A program made the position numbers and the translations under genes. Positions 61,802-64,000 of a stretch of 64,000 nt of DNA are shown here, piece after piece. Source of the stretch: an uncultured Saccharofermentans sp. (GTDB taxonomy: Bacteria; Bacillota; Clostridia; Saccharofermentanales; UBA5734); assembly GCA_963675845.1 (NCBI GenBank), contig OY776634.1, positions 1,431,605-1,495,604 on the forward strand, read 5' to 3'. The notes under the pieces were generated by a model. The model worked only from the letters and a program-made list of their open reading frames with translations. It was not told the origin of the DNA and searched no databases. Position 1 is the first letter of the stretch; each line of letters begins with the position of its first letter.

Positions 61802-62635
61802 ATGTACAATCATAACATCGAAACGCTTATCAGAAACAGACGCTCTGTTCGAACCTATTCGAGTGAAACAATCGAAGGGGAGAGAATTCAAGAACTAAAA
61901 GCTACGATGAAAAAGCTAAGTTCTGAGAAAATTCGATTTGAACACACTCAGTTTAAATATGCTGAAGGTGAGAAGATTTCAACTTATGGGTTCATAAAGG
62001 GTGCGGAAAACTACATTGTAGGTATTGTTGATCTTAGCGTATTAGACGATAAGGAATTGACCATTAGGTTTGGCTATCTATTTGAACAAATCATATTGAA
62101 GGCAACAGATCTTGGATTTTCAACCTGCTGGATGGCAGGGACTTTTAAAGCTGACGATATACGCAAAAAAATCGAGATCAAGGAACACGAACGAATTGTC
62201 ATGTTATCACCAATTGGCATAGAGCAGAGGCCAAGCATGAAAGAAAAATTGATCAGAGCAGTTGCTCGAGCAGATAACCGGAAAGAATGGCAGTCACTCT
62301 TCTTTGACAAGAACAACCAAACGCCCTTGAACAGAGAGGATTCGGACAAATACACCCTGCTGCTTGAAATGGTTCAACTTGCACCGTCGGCGGGCAATAC
62401 TCAGCCTTGGCGCATCATTAAGAATGATGACAGGTACGATTTTTATGCTGCTTCAACAAGATATTCTGACTCAAAAGCAATGCGTTTGAATGTTGGTTAC
62501 AATGATCTTGGCATAGCCATGGCACATTTTGAATTGTCTGCTGTCGAAAACAATATTAAGGGACAATTTATCGATTTAAAACAGAAAAACTATGATACAT
62601 GGGAATATATCAAATCATGGATTGCCGAAGATTAA
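61802..62635 (+). CDS. nitroreductase-family protein
   Basis: The N-terminal RRSVRTYS motif is typical of NAD(P)H nitroreductases. Length is 277 aa. Confidence 0.7.
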   Translation: MYNHNIETLIRNRRSVRTYSSETIEGERIQELKATMKKLSSEKIRFEHTQFKYAEGEKISTYGFIKGAENYIVGIVDLSVLDDKELTIRFGYLFEQIILKATDLGFSTCWMAGTFKADDIRKKIEIKEHERIVMLSPIGIEQRPSMKEKLIRAVARADNRKEWQSLFFDKNNQTPLNREDSDKYTLLLEMVQLAPSAGNTQPWRIIKNDDRYDFYAASTRYSDSKAMRLNVGYNDLGIAMAHFELSAVENNIKGQFIDLKQKNYDTWEYIKSWIAED

Positions 62636-62710
62636 GGCTGGAATATTACTGATATAAGGGTGATTTCGGATTTGAAAATAATAGCAAGTGTTTATGATCA
62701 GCCCCCTGCC

Positions 62711-62739
62711 GAGTGCCAGCGGTCAGGTTAGAGGGGCGG
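62711..62739 (+). repeat. single iteron-like unit (GAGTGCCAGCGGTCAGGTTAGAGGGGCGG)
   Basis: Matches the GGTCAGGTTAGA core of the repeat family. It lies upstream of the SDR gene. Confidence 0.45.
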
Positions 62740-62918
62740 CTGAAACATCACCTATCATTATCGCGGTATAGTGGAATTGGTTCGTTGAAAAAATATATAA
62801 TAAACCTGAAACCAAATGCAGTGCCAATACAGCGAAAATCTAAATGAATATACAGGACTTTTGATGCGCCTATTTGATGTTGCGTAACGGCAGATTACAA
62901 AATGATGGAGGCCTGATC

Positions 62919-63707
62919 ATGAAGAACGTCGTAATAACGGGAAGTTCACGAGGTATAGGGTTTGCAATGGCAACAGAGTTCCTTCGAGCTGGGTGTCATG
63001 TCACGCTGTCTGGCAGGGGGGCTTCGTTGTCAGAAGATAAATCCGCTTTGTTGTCTCTCTTTAAAGGGGACTATTTTTATGAACCTTGTGATGTTCAAAA
63101 TAAAGCAGATCTTCAGAATCTTTGGGACGCTTCTATAAAAAATTGGGGTGGAATAGATATCTGGATCAATAACGCGGGGCAAAACACACCCCATGTTGTA
63201 TCGTGGGAAACTGACCAAGTCTGTACTGAAAAAATTATGAAGACCAATGTTATCGGGATGATATACGGTTCGCAGGTTGCGGCTTCGGGGATGCTGAAAC
63301 AGGGTTATGGTGCTATATACAGTATGGAAGGGCTTGGCTCGAACAATATGATACAGCCCAAAACAATATTGTACGGCACAACCAAGCACGCGCTGACGTA
63401 CTTTATGAAAGGGCTTGCCAAGGAACTGGAAAATACCGGCGTCATCGCGGGACGATTATCACCTGGCATGATGTTAACCGATTTCATCACAAAAACACCA
63501 GATGGAGAGCCATCAGAGGTCCTCTCGCATGACAATTTCAAAAAGGTTTTTAACATATTGGCGGATAAACCTGAAACTGTCGCAAAGTTCTTTATACCGA
63601 AAATACTCAGCAACACCAAAAATAATGTTCAGATTGCATGGCTTACAAACAGAAAGGCAGCATGGCGTTTTATGACTGCAGGCCTGCGAAAGGAAAAGCT
63701 GATTTGA
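62919..63707 (+). CDS. SDR-family short-chain dehydrogenase/reductase
   Basis: Start at MKNVVITGSSRGIGFA (TGxxxGxG), after a GGAGG RBS. YxxxK (YGTTK) and NAG motifs are present. Confidence 0.8.
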   Translation: MKNVVITGSSRGIGFAMATEFLRAGCHVTLSGRGASLSEDKSALLSLFKGDYFYEPCDVQNKADLQNLWDASIKNWGGIDIWINNAGQNTPHVVSWETDQVCTEKIMKTNVIGMIYGSQVAASGMLKQGYGAIYSMEGLGSNNMIQPKTILYGTTKHALTYFMKGLAKELENTGVIAGRLSPGMMLTDFITKTPDGEPSEVLSHDNFKKVFNILADKPETVAKFFIPKILSNTKNNVQIAWLTNRKAAWRFMTAGLRKEKLI

Positions 63708-64000
63708 ATCCGAGCAATTCAGTCTATACTAATCTTGAGATGCTGATGAATAGATCAAGGGGCAGGCATCCAGCTTAACAGATTGTCCGATTATCTGTTG
63801 ACGACCCATGATGAGGTTAAGTCAATGATTGCGAATTCAAAACAAATGGTTAAACTGAAGTGCTTTTCTCTTGTTTTTGATTTGTTGTTCGAATGAAAAG
63901 TTTGAAACGTTATTTGCTCTTGCTGATTAAAAAAAGCAGTCAATAGGTGGTGAACATATGGAGATTCAGATATACAGCAAAGCTAATGAACCTTTGCTTT

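Larger units (their letters stand above)
60359..64000 (+). mobile_element. integrative element III (oldest, partial in window): DUF1349, gene remnant, nitroreductase, SDR
   Basis: It starts at rlmD fragment 2 with the same left-end repeat pair as element II. No recombinase lies within the window. Confidence 0.4.

Overview
The window reads as about 48.6 kb of GC-rich bacterial core chromosome, followed from about 48.63 kb to the window end by a visibly AT-richer accessory island (judged by eye, not computed). AddAB, a DUF3842 protein, a YtqB-like methyltransferase and an NfeD/flotillin pair suggest a Firmicutes/Clostridia-type organism, but this is not certain. Core genes, in order: a 5'-partial radical-SAM activase; a MacAB-like efflux set (lipoprotein adaptor, 951-aa double-FtsX permease, two ABC ATPases); an XRE HTH gene and hflX; a MarR regulator, ACP and YegS/DgkB-type lipid kinase, with a convergent PlsC acyltransferase and a 4HBT thioesterase; addB and addA; a YtqB-like methyltransferase, tadA and a DUF3842 protein; a zinc-ribbon membrane protein; a siderophore-type ABC importer; a GNAT-MBL fusion, a MATE transporter, tag and an OFA-type MFS transporter; DUF1836-like, NfeD and flotillin genes; a Udk-family kinase, a Cof hydrolase and an MBL hydrolase; rpsL, rpsG, fusA and tuf; lon and proB; a class A PBP and an M23 peptidase; and rlmD (rumA). 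The main finding starts directly at the rlmD stop codon. The island looks like at least three integrative elements stacked in tandem at the rlmD 3' end. They are separated by two displaced copies of the rlmD 3' coding end that still translate to ...LSNH.xTVVLM.RVEVG, next to the intact ...GHVETVVLMSRVNK. Each element carries a large serine recombinase, progressively decayed from one copy to the next, that is divergent from a class-II Fic gene. Cargo includes an AbiEi/AbiEii pair (the toxin with an in-frame TAA and a frameshift), a beta-lactamase-family serine hydrolase, DUF1349, nitroreductase and SDR genes. An RNPP/XRE-like regulator sits with a membrane protein and two tiny CxxC zinc-ribbon ORFs, one of them absent from the ORF track. 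A family of iteron-like GTGGTCAGGTTAGAT repeats with roughly 30-bp spacing lies at the element left ends and upstream of cargo genes. No rRNA, tRNA or CRISPR array was recognised. Many long antisense ORFs in the GC-rich part were judged spurious.
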